Shown: positions 30,773-40,782, counted from the stretch's first letter. The stretch: 64,000 nucleotides of DNA from Occultella glacieicola (GCF_004353825.1 NZ_SMNA01000010.1:62001-126000), one strand, 5' to 3'. Notes: generated by a model not told the origin, from the sequence alone. Program-made: numbers and translations.

Positions 30773-32887
30773 ATGGCAGGCCTGATCCGACGCGAGGACA
30801 TCGCCGCCGTCCGCGAACGGGCCCGGATCGAGGAGATCGTCGGCCAGCACGTGACCCTGCGCAGCGCCGGGGTCGGGTCGATGAAGGGCCTGTGCCCGTT
30901 CCACGACGAGCGCACCCCCTCCTTCCACGTGCGCCCCCAGCTGGGCCTGTGGCACTGCTTCGGCTGCGACGAGGGCGGCGACGTCATCTCGTTCGTGCAG
31001 AAGATCGACCACCTGACCTTCACCGAGGCGGTCGAGCACCTGGCCGGCCGGGTCGGTCTGCAACTGCGGTACGAGGACGACGGCGGAGCTAACCGTCCGC
31101 GCGAACAGCCCGGTCGGCGACAACGGCTGATCGAGGCACACCGCCTCGCGGCGGAGTTCTTCGTGGACCAGTTGGCCACGCCGGAGGCGGACACGGCGCG
31201 GGCGTTCCTGGCCGAGCGCGGCTTCGACCGGACCGCGGCGGCCACGTTCGGCGTGGGGTACGCCCCGAAGGGTTGGGACAACCTGACCCGGCACCTGCGT
31301 GGCAAGCACTTCACCGAGGCGGAGCTGACGGCGTCGGGCCTGTTGTCCCAGGGCAACCGGGGCTCCTACGACCGGTTCCGAGGGCGCCTGATGTGGCCGA
31401 TCCGTGACCTGTCCGGGGACGTCGTCGGGTTCGGCGCGCGCAAGCTGTACGAGGACGACCCCGGGCCCAAGTACTTGAACACCCCCGAGACCTCGATCTA
31501 CAAGAAGTCCCAAGTGCTGTACGGGATCGACCTGGCCAAGCGCGAGATCGCCAAGTCGAAGCAGGTCGTGGTGGTCGAGGGCTACACCGACGTGATGGCG
31601 ATGCATCTGGCCGGCGTCCCGACCGCCGTCGCGACCTGCGGGACCGCGTTCGGCACCGACCACATTCGGGTCGTGCGGCGACTGCTCGGTGACACCGCCG
31701 ACGCCGCGGCCGGGGTGATGCTCGCGACCGGCGGGGCCCGCGGCGGCGAGGTGATCTTCACGTTCGACGGCGACGCGGCCGGGCAGAAGGCCGCGTTGCG
31801 GGCGTTCTCGGAGGACCAGCGGTTCGCGTCCCAGACGTTCGTGGCGGTGGAGCCGAGCGGCATGGACCCGTGCGACCTGCGGCAGCAGCGCGGTGATGCG
31901 GCGGTCCGGGAGCTGGTCGGCGGGCGTGAGCCGCTCTTCGAGTTCGCGATCCGGTCCGTGCTGCGGCAGGTGGACCTGAACACCGCCGAGGGCCGGGTCG
32001 CCGGCCTGCGCGCCGGCGTGCCGGTCGTGGCCCGGATCCGGGACCACGCCCTGCGCGGGGAGTACGCGCGCGAGCTCGCCGGGTGGCTCGGGATGGACGA
32101 GGCCTCGGTACGGCGCGACGTGACCCGGGCGGCGCGCAACCCGGCACCGGCCCCGGCGACGGCGGGACGGCCCGGGGTGGACGGCGCCACCAACGGTCGT
32201 GGCCAAAGTGGGGCGCCCGGTGGGCGCGAGGGCGGTGGTGGGTCGCAGGAAGGTCGCGGTGCCTACGGCGGTGGCCGGGACGGTCACGGTGGTCCCCAGA
32301 ACGGGCGGCCGGACGGGCCGGACTCCCGTGGTGGGTTCGCGGGGCCGGGCTCCGAGTACGGCGCGAGCCACCGCGACGACCCGGTGGCACGGCTGGAGCG
32401 ACAGGTCCTCGAAGTGGTGCTGCAACTGCCGCAGTTCGCGTTGGCGACCTCCTTCGACGAGCTCGGCGCGGACACGTTCGTGGTGCCCGCTCACCGTGCC
32501 GTGCATGACGCGATCCGGGCGGCCGGGGGAGTGCGCGCCTTCGGCGAGCTCGCCGCGGACGCCTCGGCCCGCGGCGCAGGCGGGGAGGCCAACGCGCGGG
32601 CCGCCGCGACGTGGAACGAGCAGGTGCGCGAGGCCGCGATCGGTCCGGTCGCAGTGCTCGTCACCGAGCTGGCGGTCGCGCCGCTGCCCGAGGACCGTCC
32701 CGAGGCGCTCGGCGGCTACGCGAAGGGAGTGCTCGTGGCGTTGCTGCGCCTGGGCGTCACCCGGGAGATCGCCGACGCCAAGGGCCGACTGCAACGGATG
32801 GACCCGACCGACGAGACATACGCCGCGACCTTCGGCCGTCTGCTCGAACTGGAGGAACGCCGTCGCTCCCTGCTCAGCGACGCCTGA
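30773..32887 (+). CDS. dnaG: DNA primase
   Basis: CPFHDERTPSF zinc ribbon, KYLNTPET, VEGYTDV and FDGDAAG (TOPRIM). Confidence 0.97.
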   Translation: MAGLIRREDIAAVRERARIEEIVGQHVTLRSAGVGSMKGLCPFHDERTPSFHVRPQLGLWHCFGCDEGGDVISFVQKIDHLTFTEAVEHLAGRVGLQLRYEDDGGANRPREQPGRRQRLIEAHRLAAEFFVDQLATPEADTARAFLAERGFDRTAAATFGVGYAPKGWDNLTRHLRGKHFTEAELTASGLLSQGNRGSYDRFRGRLMWPIRDLSGDVVGFGARKLYEDDPGPKYLNTPETSIYKKSQVLYGIDLAKREIAKSKQVVVVEGYTDVMAMHLAGVPTAVATCGTAFGTDHIRVVRRLLGDTADAAAGVMLATGGARGGEVIFTFDGDAAGQKAALRAFSEDQRFASQTFVAVEPSGMDPCDLRQQRGDAAVRELVGGREPLFEFAIRSVLRQVDLNTAEGRVAGLRAGVPVVARIRDHALRGEYARELAGWLGMDEASVRRDVTRAARNPAPAPATAGRPGVDGATNGRGQSGAPGGREGGGGSQEGRGAYGGGRDGHGGPQNGRPDGPDSRGGFAGPGSEYGASHRDDPVARLERQVLEVVLQLPQFALATSFDELGADTFVVPAHRAVHDAIRAAGGVRAFGELAADASARGAGGEANARAAATWNEQVREAAIGPVAVLVTELAVAPLPEDRPEALGGYAKGVLVALLRLGVTREIADAKGRLQRMDPTDETYAATFGRLLELEERRRSLLSDA

Positions 32888-32955
32888 GCCGGACGGGTAG
32901 GACTACCCGGTCGCTGCGATGCACCGTCCAGCCGTGGGGCATAGGGTTCTGAACC

Positions 32956-34242
32956 ATGAGTGAGAATCCGCCGCAAGGACAGGGCGGCACATCCGACCCC
33001 TCGGGGGAGGGTGGGCAGCCATCGGAGCCGCTCGGAGGAACGCCGCCCGGGGCCGGCCAGTCGTCGCTCCCGCCGGAGGCGTTCGAGGAGACGACGTTGT
33101 ACAACCCGAGTCCGTACGGCGCCGGCTCACAGCCGGGCCCCGGGCAGCAGATGCCGCCGGGCCAGCCTGGATACGGGCAACCGACACCCCCGCCGGACCA
33201 GCCCGGTGCCGGGACGCAACAACCGATGGGAGCACAGGCCATGGGCCAACCTGACTACGGGCAGCAGCCCGGTTACGGGCAACAGCCCGGCGGACAGCAG
33301 CCGGGGTACGGGCAGCAGCAGCCCGGCTACGAGCAGGGCGCACAGCAGCCCGGGTACGGACAGCAGCCCGGCGGACAGCAGCCGGGCTACGGGCAGCAAC
33401 AGCCCGGCTACGGTCAGCCCGACGCGGGCGCCGGTGGCTACGGCCAGTCCAGCGGTGGCTACGGCCAGTCCAGCGGTGGCTACGGCCAGTCCAGCGGCGG
33501 TTACGGGCAGCAGCCCGGCTACGGCCAGCAGCCCGGTGGCTACGGTCAGCCGGGAGGCTACGGGCAGCCCGGCGGTGGCTACGGTGGCGGACAGCCGCCG
33601 CAGGGCCCCAAGCCCTGGTACGCCCAGTGGTACACCTGGGTGGCCGCCGTCGTCATCATCGCCCTCATCGGCGTCGCGGTGTTCTTCGCGACCCGGGGCG
33701 ACGGCGGGGAGGACCCGACCGCCGACCCCACGACGACCAGCGCGCCGCCGACGGACGAGCCGACCACGCAGGAGCCGACGGACGAGCCCACCACCGAGGA
33801 GCCGACCGATGAGCCGACGGACATGCCGACGGCCTCCGGCGACATCATCCCGTTCGGGGAACCCGGCATCATCGGGGACTGGGAGATCACGCTGAGCGAC
33901 TTCGTCCCGGACGCGAACTCCGCGGTCACCGGGGAGGGGTCCGCGCCCCCGCCGGACGGCTTCAGGTACCTGATGGTGCGCGTGAACGCGACCAACACCG
34001 GTTCCGCGGAAGCCACCCTCTGGGAGAGCATCAACGTCGGCTACCTGTCCAACGACGGTGAGGTGTACGGGAGTACCAGCGAGATCGTGCCGGACGACGT
34101 GTTCAGCCTCGATCCGGTTCCGGCCGGTGGCAACGCGTCCGGTAACTGGGGCTTCGAGGTCCCGGTCGCCGACGACGGCCAGGGTGGCTGGGGCATCATC
34201 ATCGACGACGGCACCACGATCTACTTCGACGCGGCGCCCTGA
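32956..34242 (+). CDS. Single-pass membrane protein: Gln/Gly/Tyr/Pro-rich N-terminus, PT linker, DUF4352-like Ig-fold C-terminus
   Basis: QQPGYG repeats, KPWY...TM, TDEPT repeats and [12 protein letters not shown]. Confidence 0.75.
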   Translation: MSENPPQGQGGTSDPSGEGGQPSEPLGGTPPGAGQSSLPPEAFEETTLYNPSPYGAGSQPGPGQQMPPGQPGYGQPTPPPDQPGAGTQQPMGAQAMGQPDYGQQPGYGQQPGGQQPGYGQQQPGYEQGAQQPGYGQQPGGQQPGYGQQQPGYGQPDAGAGGYGQSSGGYGQSSGGYGQSSGGYGQQPGYGQQPGGYGQPGGYGQPGGGYGGGQPPQGPKPWYAQWYTWVAAVVIIALIGVAVFFATRGDGGEDPTADPTTTSAPPTDEPTTQEPTDEPTTEEPTDEPTDMPTASGDIIPFGEPGIIGDWEITLSDFVPDANSAVTGEGSAPPPDGFRYLMVRVNATNTGSAEATLWESINVGYLSNDGEVYGSTSEIVPDDVFSLDPVPAGGNASGNWGFEVPVADDGQGGWGIIIDDGTTIYFDAAP

Positions 34243-34405
34243 TCGGCATGCCGCAGACGAGGTAACTCCTCGAGTCGAACCACGCGGGGCGTGACTCCCA
34301 CCCGGGGGTCGCGCCCTGCGGCATGCCCGGGCTGCTCGGTGGTGACCCGCCTCGCCCTGCGTGTGGCGAGCATCACGATCGGGCCCGGCGTCGGCGTACC
34401 CGGAC

Positions 34406-34483
34406 CCGCCGAGACCGCACGTTCGCCCTCGAGACCGACCCTCCTAGGAGCAGGTCTCGGAGGCGAAGGCGCGGTCTCGGCGG
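34406..34483. repeat. Long imperfect palindrome (REP-like)
   Basis: CCGCCGAGACCGC...GAGACC / GGTCTC...GCGGTCTCGGCGG nested arms. Confidence 0.65.
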
Positions 34484-34511
34484 TCGGGCCGTGGTGCGGG
34501 CCCGAACTGAG

Positions 34512-34542
34512 AAGGCCCGGAATCACGTGGATTCCGGGCCTT
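34512..34542 (-). terminator. Intrinsic terminator of tRNA-Asn
   Basis: AAGGCCCGGAATC-ACGTG-GATTCCGGGCCTT perfect 13-bp stem immediately 3' of the tRNA. Confidence 0.8.
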
Positions 34543-34546
34543 GCGC

Positions 34547-34622
<76 letters not shown>

Positions 34623-34685
34623 TCGCGCTGAGAATACTAACAGTCCCGCGGGGGTGCTCCGGCCCGCCGTGGCACCTCGTCCGGC

Positions 34686-35186
34686 TCAGGCATGGAGCCC
34701 GACGGCGGTCCGGATGCGCTTCTCGAGGTCGGCGATCTGGGCCTCGAGAGCCGGGCCGCGGCGCACCTTCCCGGAGGACGTCACCTGGGAGAACAGCTCC
34801 CCGTCCGGCCCCCGCCGGATGGCCGCGCGCAACTGGCCGCCGCCGGCCGCCTTCTCGGTGATCACCTGCACCAGGGAGTGCTCCACCTGTTCCCGGATCA
34901 GCAGCGGGAACCGGGCCGGGACGTCCTCGGTCAGGTCCAGCCGGGTCGGGGCGGCGCCGTCCACCCAGGTCAGGGTCATCGCGTTCGCCTCACCGTCCCA
35001 GTCGCCATGGTCCACGTCCGACCAGGGCCGGTGCAGCACCAGCTCGTCCTCGGTGACCACGAGCAGACCGGCACCGGCGAGCACGGCCCAGCCTCCGCCG
35101 TCGAGCGCCTGGACGAGGAGGGGACGGACCCCGGCGGGCATCTTCCCGGCGGCCGCTGTGGGCAGGGATTCGCGTGATCGAGCCAT
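34686..35186 (-). CDS. Hypothetical protein, probably a conserved actinobacterial family
   Basis: 166-aa ORF with host-like codon usage; PWSDVDHGDWD and REQVEHS. Confidence 0.75.
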   Translation of the reverse strand: MARSRESLPTAAAGKMPAGVRPLLVQALDGGGWAVLAGAGLLVVTEDELVLHRPWSDVDHGDWDGEANAMTLTWVDGAAPTRLDLTEDVPARFPLLIREQVEHSLVQVITEKAAGGGQLRAAIRRGPDGELFSQVTSSGKVRRGPALEAQIADLEKRIRTAVGLHA

Positions 35187-35234
35187 GCCCTGACGCTAAC
35201 CCAACGCGGGTGCGGATACGCTAGTGCGCCGTCG

Positions 35235-35308
35235 GCCCCAGTAGCTCAGCCGGTCAGAGCAGCGGACTCATAATCCGTCGGTCGTGGGTTCAAGCCCCAC
35301 CTGGGGCA
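35235..35308 (+). tRNA. tRNA with CAT anticodon, most likely tRNA-Ile2 (lysidine-modified)
   Basis: GCCCCAG/CTGGGGC acceptor stem, GGACTCATAATCC anticodon arm typical of Ile2, GGTTCAAG T-loop. Lacks the initiator GGG/CCC anticodon stem. Confidence 0.9.
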
Positions 35309-35537
35309 CCTGTCGTCTCCGCTCGAAGCAACGTTTCGGCGTGCCGCCGCCATCGCGTGAGGGTGGTCAGGTCACGGGTGTGGCCGAATCCGTCACCGGT
35401 GCCCTCCGTAGAACGCTCCGAAGGTGCTCGAACCCATGTCCCAAGAATTCTGCGTGCCCGGAGGGGCGAGCCTGTCTGCCCGGAACAGTTCCTCACCGCG
35501 CTGGAGCCGACGCGGGCAGCGGGCCAGCGTGGGCGTC

Positions 35538-36317
35538 ATGGAGCGTGTGAGGACTGGGGTGCGGCCCGACCGGGTTCCGCGCGGCGCCGGTGGTGCCGCC
35601 AGGCTCTCCGAGTTCCCGGACGCGGTCGCGCTGATGCAGAGGGCGTTGGGGAACCGGGGGACGGAGGCCCTGCTCGCGCGCGCCGGCCTGTCGGCCGGGG
35701 CGCGCGCTACCGCGCCTGCGGTGCAGCGCCTGACCGCCGTCGCCGCGAGAAGTGAGGACGCTGAGCCGGATCCGCAGGTGCAGCGCGGCAAGACCACTCC
35801 GCAGACGCGACGTGCCGCCTTGATCAAACGGGGTCTGCTGACCACGACGAGCTTCGGCAAGGGGAGTTTCCCGGTGAAGACTGGGCCGAAGAACGTCCAT
35901 AAGTACAGCAGACACAAGCACGACGGACGCAAGTACTACTTCGCACACGCGAAGAATCGGACCGGGAAGGTCTCAGGGCCTCTCGTCCTCGTCCGCGGTG
36001 GGCGGAGCGCGACGATGAAGGTTCCGAACAAGCGCAAGAGCGACGCGTCCGGCCACCTGATCGCGCACTCGCTCGGGGGCCCGCCGAGGTTGCTGGCGAA
36101 CTACGTCGCGATGAACAGGAAGATCAACTCCGCCGGTGGCGACTGGGGCCGGCTCGAACAGGTCATCAGGGACCGCCTACGGGTCAAGGGCACCAAGTGC
36201 TGGATGTCGGTGCGCCCGGTGTACGGCGCCAACGTCAACAGGCCCACCTCCATCGTCGTCAAGCTCCGGTTCAACCGCAGCCCGCACGTGATGGTGGCAA
36301 CCATCCTCACGCCCTGA
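35538..36317 (+). CDS. DNA/RNA non-specific (His-Me finger) endonuclease with eCIS-effector-like leader
   Basis: DASGHLIAHSLGG...NYVAMNRKIN...W catalytic pattern. N-terminus has ALMQRALGNRGTEALL and two VQR motifs. Start uncertain. Confidence 0.75.
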   Translation: MERVRTGVRPDRVPRGAGGAARLSEFPDAVALMQRALGNRGTEALLARAGLSAGARATAPAVQRLTAVAARSEDAEPDPQVQRGKTTPQTRRAALIKRGLLTTTSFGKGSFPVKTGPKNVHKYSRHKHDGRKYYFAHAKNRTGKVSGPLVLVRGGRSATMKVPNKRKSDASGHLIAHSLGGPPRLLANYVAMNRKINSAGGDWGRLEQVIRDRLRVKGTKCWMSVRPVYGANVNRPTSIVVKLRFNRSPHVMVATILTP

Positions 36318-36413
36318 CCGGATCGCGGTCGCCGAGGCGCGCGGGTGCACCGGCGGCGACTCGGTTGCTCGGCTCGAGTACACCGAACCAGGCCTCTCAA
36401 CGCGGGCGAACCC

Positions 36414-36880
36414 TCAGCTCCCCATGGACGGAGCCTCGCCACGGAGGGTGAGTCTCGCCCGATCGAGTGAGAACGCGCTCGTGCCGATCATCTGACGCTC
36501 GGGAAGGCGATCATCGACCTCTGGCCCCTCGAACGGCGTCAAGTCGATTGCCGGTCCGCTCTGTGTCGTGGCTGCGCAACTCCCGCGAGCGTTCAACCTG
36601 ACCTCGCGAAGGGTAGTGAGGTGAGGAGGATCGAGCGAGCATCGCGATCGCGAGGGTGCCGTCACTCAGGTCGATCGCTGCGCCCGTGCGGGCCATGGTC
36701 AGGTTGCCTGATTCCAGCTCTTCGACCAATCGATGGCCCGCTTGGGACTCGAAGACGCCGTCCGGGCTGAGGCGGGCTTGACCTCCGGACGGGCGCACCT
36801 CCTCGGCTCGAAGAACTCCTCCAGGAGGCGACTCGCCGGAACGGACCCGCCCACGATCACTGACCTCGAGGGTGGCTTCG
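36414..36880 (-). pseudogene. Possible frameshifted gene remnant
   Basis: Protein-like stretches pass across three minus-strand frames. No family recognised. Confidence 0.25.
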
Positions 36881-37202
36881 CGGGGCGCGGTTCTGCGGCG
36901 CACGGCCGTGTCGCGCCGTGCGATGACACCTTCGCGTGGGCGGAGCGGCGACGAGCGGGTCCAGTCGCTCTCTGCTTCCGGCAGAGCGGTCGGTGTCCCC
37001 GCCCCGGTGAAACCCAGTGGTGCTCGTCCTTACCTGCGACTCGGCCGGCTCCGGCCACGCATCCGTAGGGACCGGGCGACCGGCCCGGTTGTGACAACTC
37101 CCCGGGCCCGACGGGTCGGGCACGGGGAGCGGGACGCGGTGCGGGCACCGGACCAGGCGGGGCGCAGCAGGTCCGGGACCGGCGCCGTAGCCGGCCCGGC
37201 GG

Positions 37203-37907
37203 TCAGCGGATGCCGGCCTGCTGGTCGTACCAGGTGCGGGAACTGTTCACGACCGCCAGTGCGGACGCGATGATCACCCAGACCACGCCGAGGCCGAGCT
37301 GGGCGTCGCTCGAACCGGTCGCGACCGAGACGATGCTCAGCAGCGTGTAGAGCCCGCCCATCACGGCCAGGCCGATGGCGGCGCCCTTCTTCCCGCGCCA
37401 CATCAGCGCGGCGAGCACGATCACCCCGGCGGACCAGAGCAGGAGCACGATCCCCAGGCCCACGACGAGGCCGCCGGCGCCGGGCAGCATCTCGGCCACC
37501 TCGGGGTTGTTCGCGATGGTCCCGCCGAGGATGGCGATCAGGAGGCCGAACAGCACCCCGAGGCCCCCACCGATCCAGCTCAGGATCGCCGACGCCTTGA
37601 CCGTCCCGGGCCGCTCCGGCGGCAGTCCGCCGTAGGGTGCACCGCCGTAGGGGTTGCCGAACTGGCCACCGGGCGCGCCGTACTGGCCCGCGCCGACCTG
37701 GTTCGCGCCGTACTGGCCCGCCGGTGTCGACGGGAACTGTCCGGGGGCCGGCGGCACGGGGGGTGCGCCGCTCGGCTGGCCGTAGCCGCCACTCGACTGG
37801 CCGTAGCCACCGGGCTGTTGACCGTACCCGCCCTGCTGCTGGCCGTAGCCCCCCTGGCCGGGCTGCGGTTCGGGCGGTCCGTACGGGCCTGCGGGTGGGT
37901 TGGTCAC
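37203..37907 (-). CDS. Membrane protein with Gln/Gly/Tyr-rich N-terminus and 4 TM
   Basis: GGYGQQ repeats, then RPGTV and four hydrophobic helices. RBS AGGGG. Confidence 0.8.
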   Translation of the reverse strand: MTNPPAGPYGPPEPQPGQGGYGQQQGGYGQQPGGYGQSSGGYGQPSGAPPVPPAPGQFPSTPAGQYGANQVGAGQYGAPGGQFGNPYGGAPYGGLPPERPGTVKASAILSWIGGGLGVLFGLLIAILGGTIANNPEVAEMLPGAGGLVVGLGIVLLLWSAGVIVLAALMWRGKKGAAIGLAVMGGLYTLLSIVSVATGSSDAQLGLGVVWVIIASALAVVNSSRTWYDQQAGIR

Positions 37908-38015
37908 GTTCGTTCCCCTTGTGGTCGGTGGTGTGCTGGTCCGGCCATTGTGTCGCATCGGCCCCGGCGGCGGCGGGAACTGGCCGACCGGTCGCCCCCG
38001 TGCCACCGTGGACCC

Positions 38016-39530
38016 ATGTTCCGGCTGCTCGGCGTTCTCGGTGGGCTGTCCGGCGCGATGGACCTGGGCTCGGGTGCCCCGCTCGACGCGTCGCTGATCC
38101 GGTGCGTCCTCGCGGGACGACTCGCCCGCGTCCTCGGCTGCGGGGATGAGGAGGTCAGGACCGTGCTCTACACGGCGCTCCTGGAGCATCTCGGCTGCAC
38201 GGCCGCGGCACCGGAGTCGGTGCGGGCGTTCGGCGACGACATCTCCCTGGTCCGGTTCAACTACCTGGCCGACATGTCGCGGCCCCTGGACGTGGTGCGC
38301 ACCCTGGTCCCCGGGGTCAGCGCCGCGGCCGGACGCAGCCGGATCGGCACGCTGCTGACGGTGATCCGAACGGCAACGGACGTGATGGCGCCGACCGCCA
38401 CCTGCGAGGTCGCCCGGGACGCGGCCCGGCGCCTCGGGCTCCCGGGGGACGTCGACCGCAGCCTGGCGTCGGTCACCGCGATGTGGGACGGCCGCAGTGC
38501 CCCCGCCGTGGCCGGCGCCGAGATCCCGCTGGCGACCCGAATCACACACGTGGCCGATACTGCCGCCCTGTTCCTGGGAACCGCCGGGGTTCCGGCCGCA
38601 CTCGAGCAGGTCGGCGCTCGCGCCGGGCGTCAGCTCGACCCGGATCTCGCCGCCGCGCTCACCCCCGACCTCCTCGAGGGACTCGACGAGGTCGACCCAC
38701 ACCGTGCCGTCCTCGACCTCGAACCCGACCCGGTCCGCCTGATCGACGACGCCGCCCTGGCCACGGTCGCCCGCACCCTGGGTGACCTCGTCGACCTGAA
38801 GAACCCGTGGCTGCACGGGCACTCCGCCGCCGTGGCCGAGTTGGCCGGCGCCGCCGCCGATCACCTCAGGCTGCCCGGAGCGGACCGGGTCCGGCTCGCC
38901 GGTCACCTGCACGACCTCGGCCGGATCGGGGTCTCGGGGCGGGTCTGGGCCAAGCCGGGCCCGCTCTCCGCCGCCGAGCGGGACCAGGCCCGTCTGCATC
39001 TGTACTACTCCGAGCGTATCCTCAGCCGAGTCCCGGAGCTCGGCGACATCGCGGCCCTCGCCGCCCAGCACCACGAGCGGTGTGACGGCAGCGGGTACCA
39101 CCGCGGACTCCGCTCGCCGGACCTGTCCCTGGCCGCCCGCGTCGTCGCGGCCGCGGACCGGTACCGCACCGACGTCGAGGGTCGGCCGCACCGGGACGCA
39201 CTTCCGCCGGAGGCAGCCACGGCGAACCTCGCAGCGCACGCCCGCGCGGGCCGGCTCGACCCGGACGCCGTCGGCGCCGTCCTGCGCGCCGCGGGGCAGC
39301 GGGAGACCGCGTCGCGAACCGGGGTGGCGGGACTGACGGACCGGCAGGTCGAGGTACTCCGCCTGCTCGCCCGCGGGCTGAGCAACCGAGAGATCGCGGA
39401 CCGGCTGCACATCTCGTCGCGCACGGCCGAGCATCACGTGCAGGACATCTACACGCGGATCGGTGCGAGCACCCGTCCGGCCGCCGCGCTGTTCGCCATG
39501 GGACACGGACTGCTCGAGCGACCCTGGTAG
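38016..39530 (+). CDS. Tandem HD/HD-GYP-like domain protein with C-terminal LuxR HTH
   Basis: LLEHLGC, WDGR, GHS, LHDLGRIGV, HHERCDGSGYHRG and LTDRQVEVL...HISSRTAEHHVQDIY. Confidence 0.88.
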   Translation: MFRLLGVLGGLSGAMDLGSGAPLDASLIRCVLAGRLARVLGCGDEEVRTVLYTALLEHLGCTAAAPESVRAFGDDISLVRFNYLADMSRPLDVVRTLVPGVSAAAGRSRIGTLLTVIRTATDVMAPTATCEVARDAARRLGLPGDVDRSLASVTAMWDGRSAPAVAGAEIPLATRITHVADTAALFLGTAGVPAALEQVGARAGRQLDPDLAAALTPDLLEGLDEVDPHRAVLDLEPDPVRLIDDAALATVARTLGDLVDLKNPWLHGHSAAVAELAGAAADHLRLPGADRVRLAGHLHDLGRIGVSGRVWAKPGPLSAAERDQARLHLYYSERILSRVPELGDIAALAAQHHERCDGSGYHRGLRSPDLSLAARVVAAADRYRTDVEGRPHRDALPPEAATANLAAHARAGRLDPDAVGAVLRAAGQRETASRTGVAGLTDRQVEVLRLLARGLSNREIADRLHISSRTAEHHVQDIYTRIGASTRPAAALFAMGHGLLERPW

Positions 39531-39573
39531 GTCTACCCATGTGCGGCCCATCGGCCCGCGCAACCCTTACCGC

Positions 39574-40782
39574 ATGTCACACACCGTCCTCACCGTCCCA
39601 CCGCAGCGACTGTTCACCCGGCCGTTCCTCATGCTCGGGGTCGCCGACCTCGCGTACTTCACGTCCGGCGGGCTCGCGATCTATGCGCTGCCGATCTACG
39701 TCACCGGTCCGCTCGGTGGCGACGACGCCGCCGCCGGGCTCGCGTTCGGGGCGTTCGCCGTCACCGCGCTCGTGCTGCGTCCCTGGGCAGGTCGGCTCTC
39801 GGACTCCCGTGGCCGCCGGCCGCTGCTCGTGGGCGGTGCCCTGATCTGCGCGCTCGCGACGCTACTGCTGCCGCTGGCCACCCACCTGGCGGCCGTCGTG
39901 GCTCTGCGCCTGGTCCTCGGGGCGGCCGAGGCGGCTTTCTTCGTGGCCGCGATCGCGGCACTCGCCGACCTCGCCCCGCCGAGCCGGATGGGCGAGGCGC
40001 TCAGTTACAACTCGCTCGGGCTGTACTTGGGTCTGGCCCTCGGGCCACCACTGGGGGAACTACTCGTGCGGGTCAGTGGCTTCCCGGCGGCGTGGCTGAC
40101 CGCGGCCGGGCTGGCCCTGGGTGCCGCCGCCATCGCGGGCAGCATCGGCGAGACCCGGACGGCGATGGTGCCCGATGGCGTCCCGCGCTCGCTCATCCAC
40201 CGGCCGTCGGTGCCGGTCGGGCTCGCGTTCCTGACCTCGATGGTCGCCGCCGGCGGCTTCCTCGCGTTCGGGGCGCTGCGCGCCGGTGAGGTCGGGCTCG
40301 GCGTGGCGAGCCTGCCGCTGTTCGTCTACGGCATCGTCGTCGTCACCGGCCGGATCGCGTTCGCGAAGGTACAGGACCGGCTGCCGCCGCTGCGGCTCGG
40401 CGCCGCCGGCCTCGGCGGGATCGGGGCGGGTCTCGTGGTCATGGCCGGGTGGGGTACGCCAACCGGGCTGATCGCCGGGTCGGTGCTGCTCGGGCTCGGG
40501 GTCACGTTCACGACACCGGCGTTCTTCGCCGCCGTCTTCGCGGCCGCCCCGCCGGCCGAGCGGGGCGCGGCGTCCGGCACCCTGAGCGCGTTCCTCGACC
40601 TCGGCCTCGGCCTCGGACCGATCGCCCTCGGCCTCGTCGCCGAGGCCGCGGGCATCACGTGGACCTTCGCGATCGCAGCAGGCATCGCCGGTCTCGGTGC
40701 GGCCTGGTCGCTCCTGCTCGGCGTCCGGCGGGCCGCCGCCCGGTCGGCAGGCACCGCGCAGGGACCTCCTCCGGGGCGTTGA
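39574..40782 (+). CDS. MFS transporter
   Basis: Motif A GRLSDSRGRR and about 12 TM. Confidence 0.9.
   Translation: MSHTVLTVPPQRLFTRPFLMLGVADLAYFTSGGLAIYALPIYVTGPLGGDDAAAGLAFGAFAVTALVLRPWAGRLSDSRGRRPLLVGGALICALATLLLPLATHLAAVVALRLVLGAAEAAFFVAAIAALADLAPPSRMGEALSYNSLGLYLGLALGPPLGELLVRVSGFPAAWLTAAGLALGAAAIAGSIGETRTAMVPDGVPRSLIHRPSVPVGLAFLTSMVAAGGFLAFGALRAGEVGLGVASLPLFVYGIVVVTGRIAFAKVQDRLPPLRLGAAGLGGIGAGLVVMAGWGTPTGLIAGSVLLGLGVTFTTPAFFAAVFAAAPPAERGAASGTLSAFLDLGLGLGPIALGLVAEAAGITWTFAIAAGIAGLGAAWSLLLGVRRAAARSAGTAQGPPPGR

Noticed and set aside
33240..33600. Highly repetitive DNA considered as a non-coding repeat array
   Set aside because: In-frame coding repeats (QQPGYG, GGYGQSS) of a membrane protein. 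The same applies to 45480-45760.
35235..35308. tRNA-Met (initiator or elongator) call
   Set aside because: The 1-72 pair is intact and the GGG/CCC anticodon stem is missing, so it is not an initiator. The anticodon arm resembles Ile2, although elongator Met cannot be fully excluded.
35235..37200. Intact integrative element or prophage at tRNA-Ile2
   Set aside because: No integrase, no phage genes and no duplicated tRNA 3' end (att site) found by eye.
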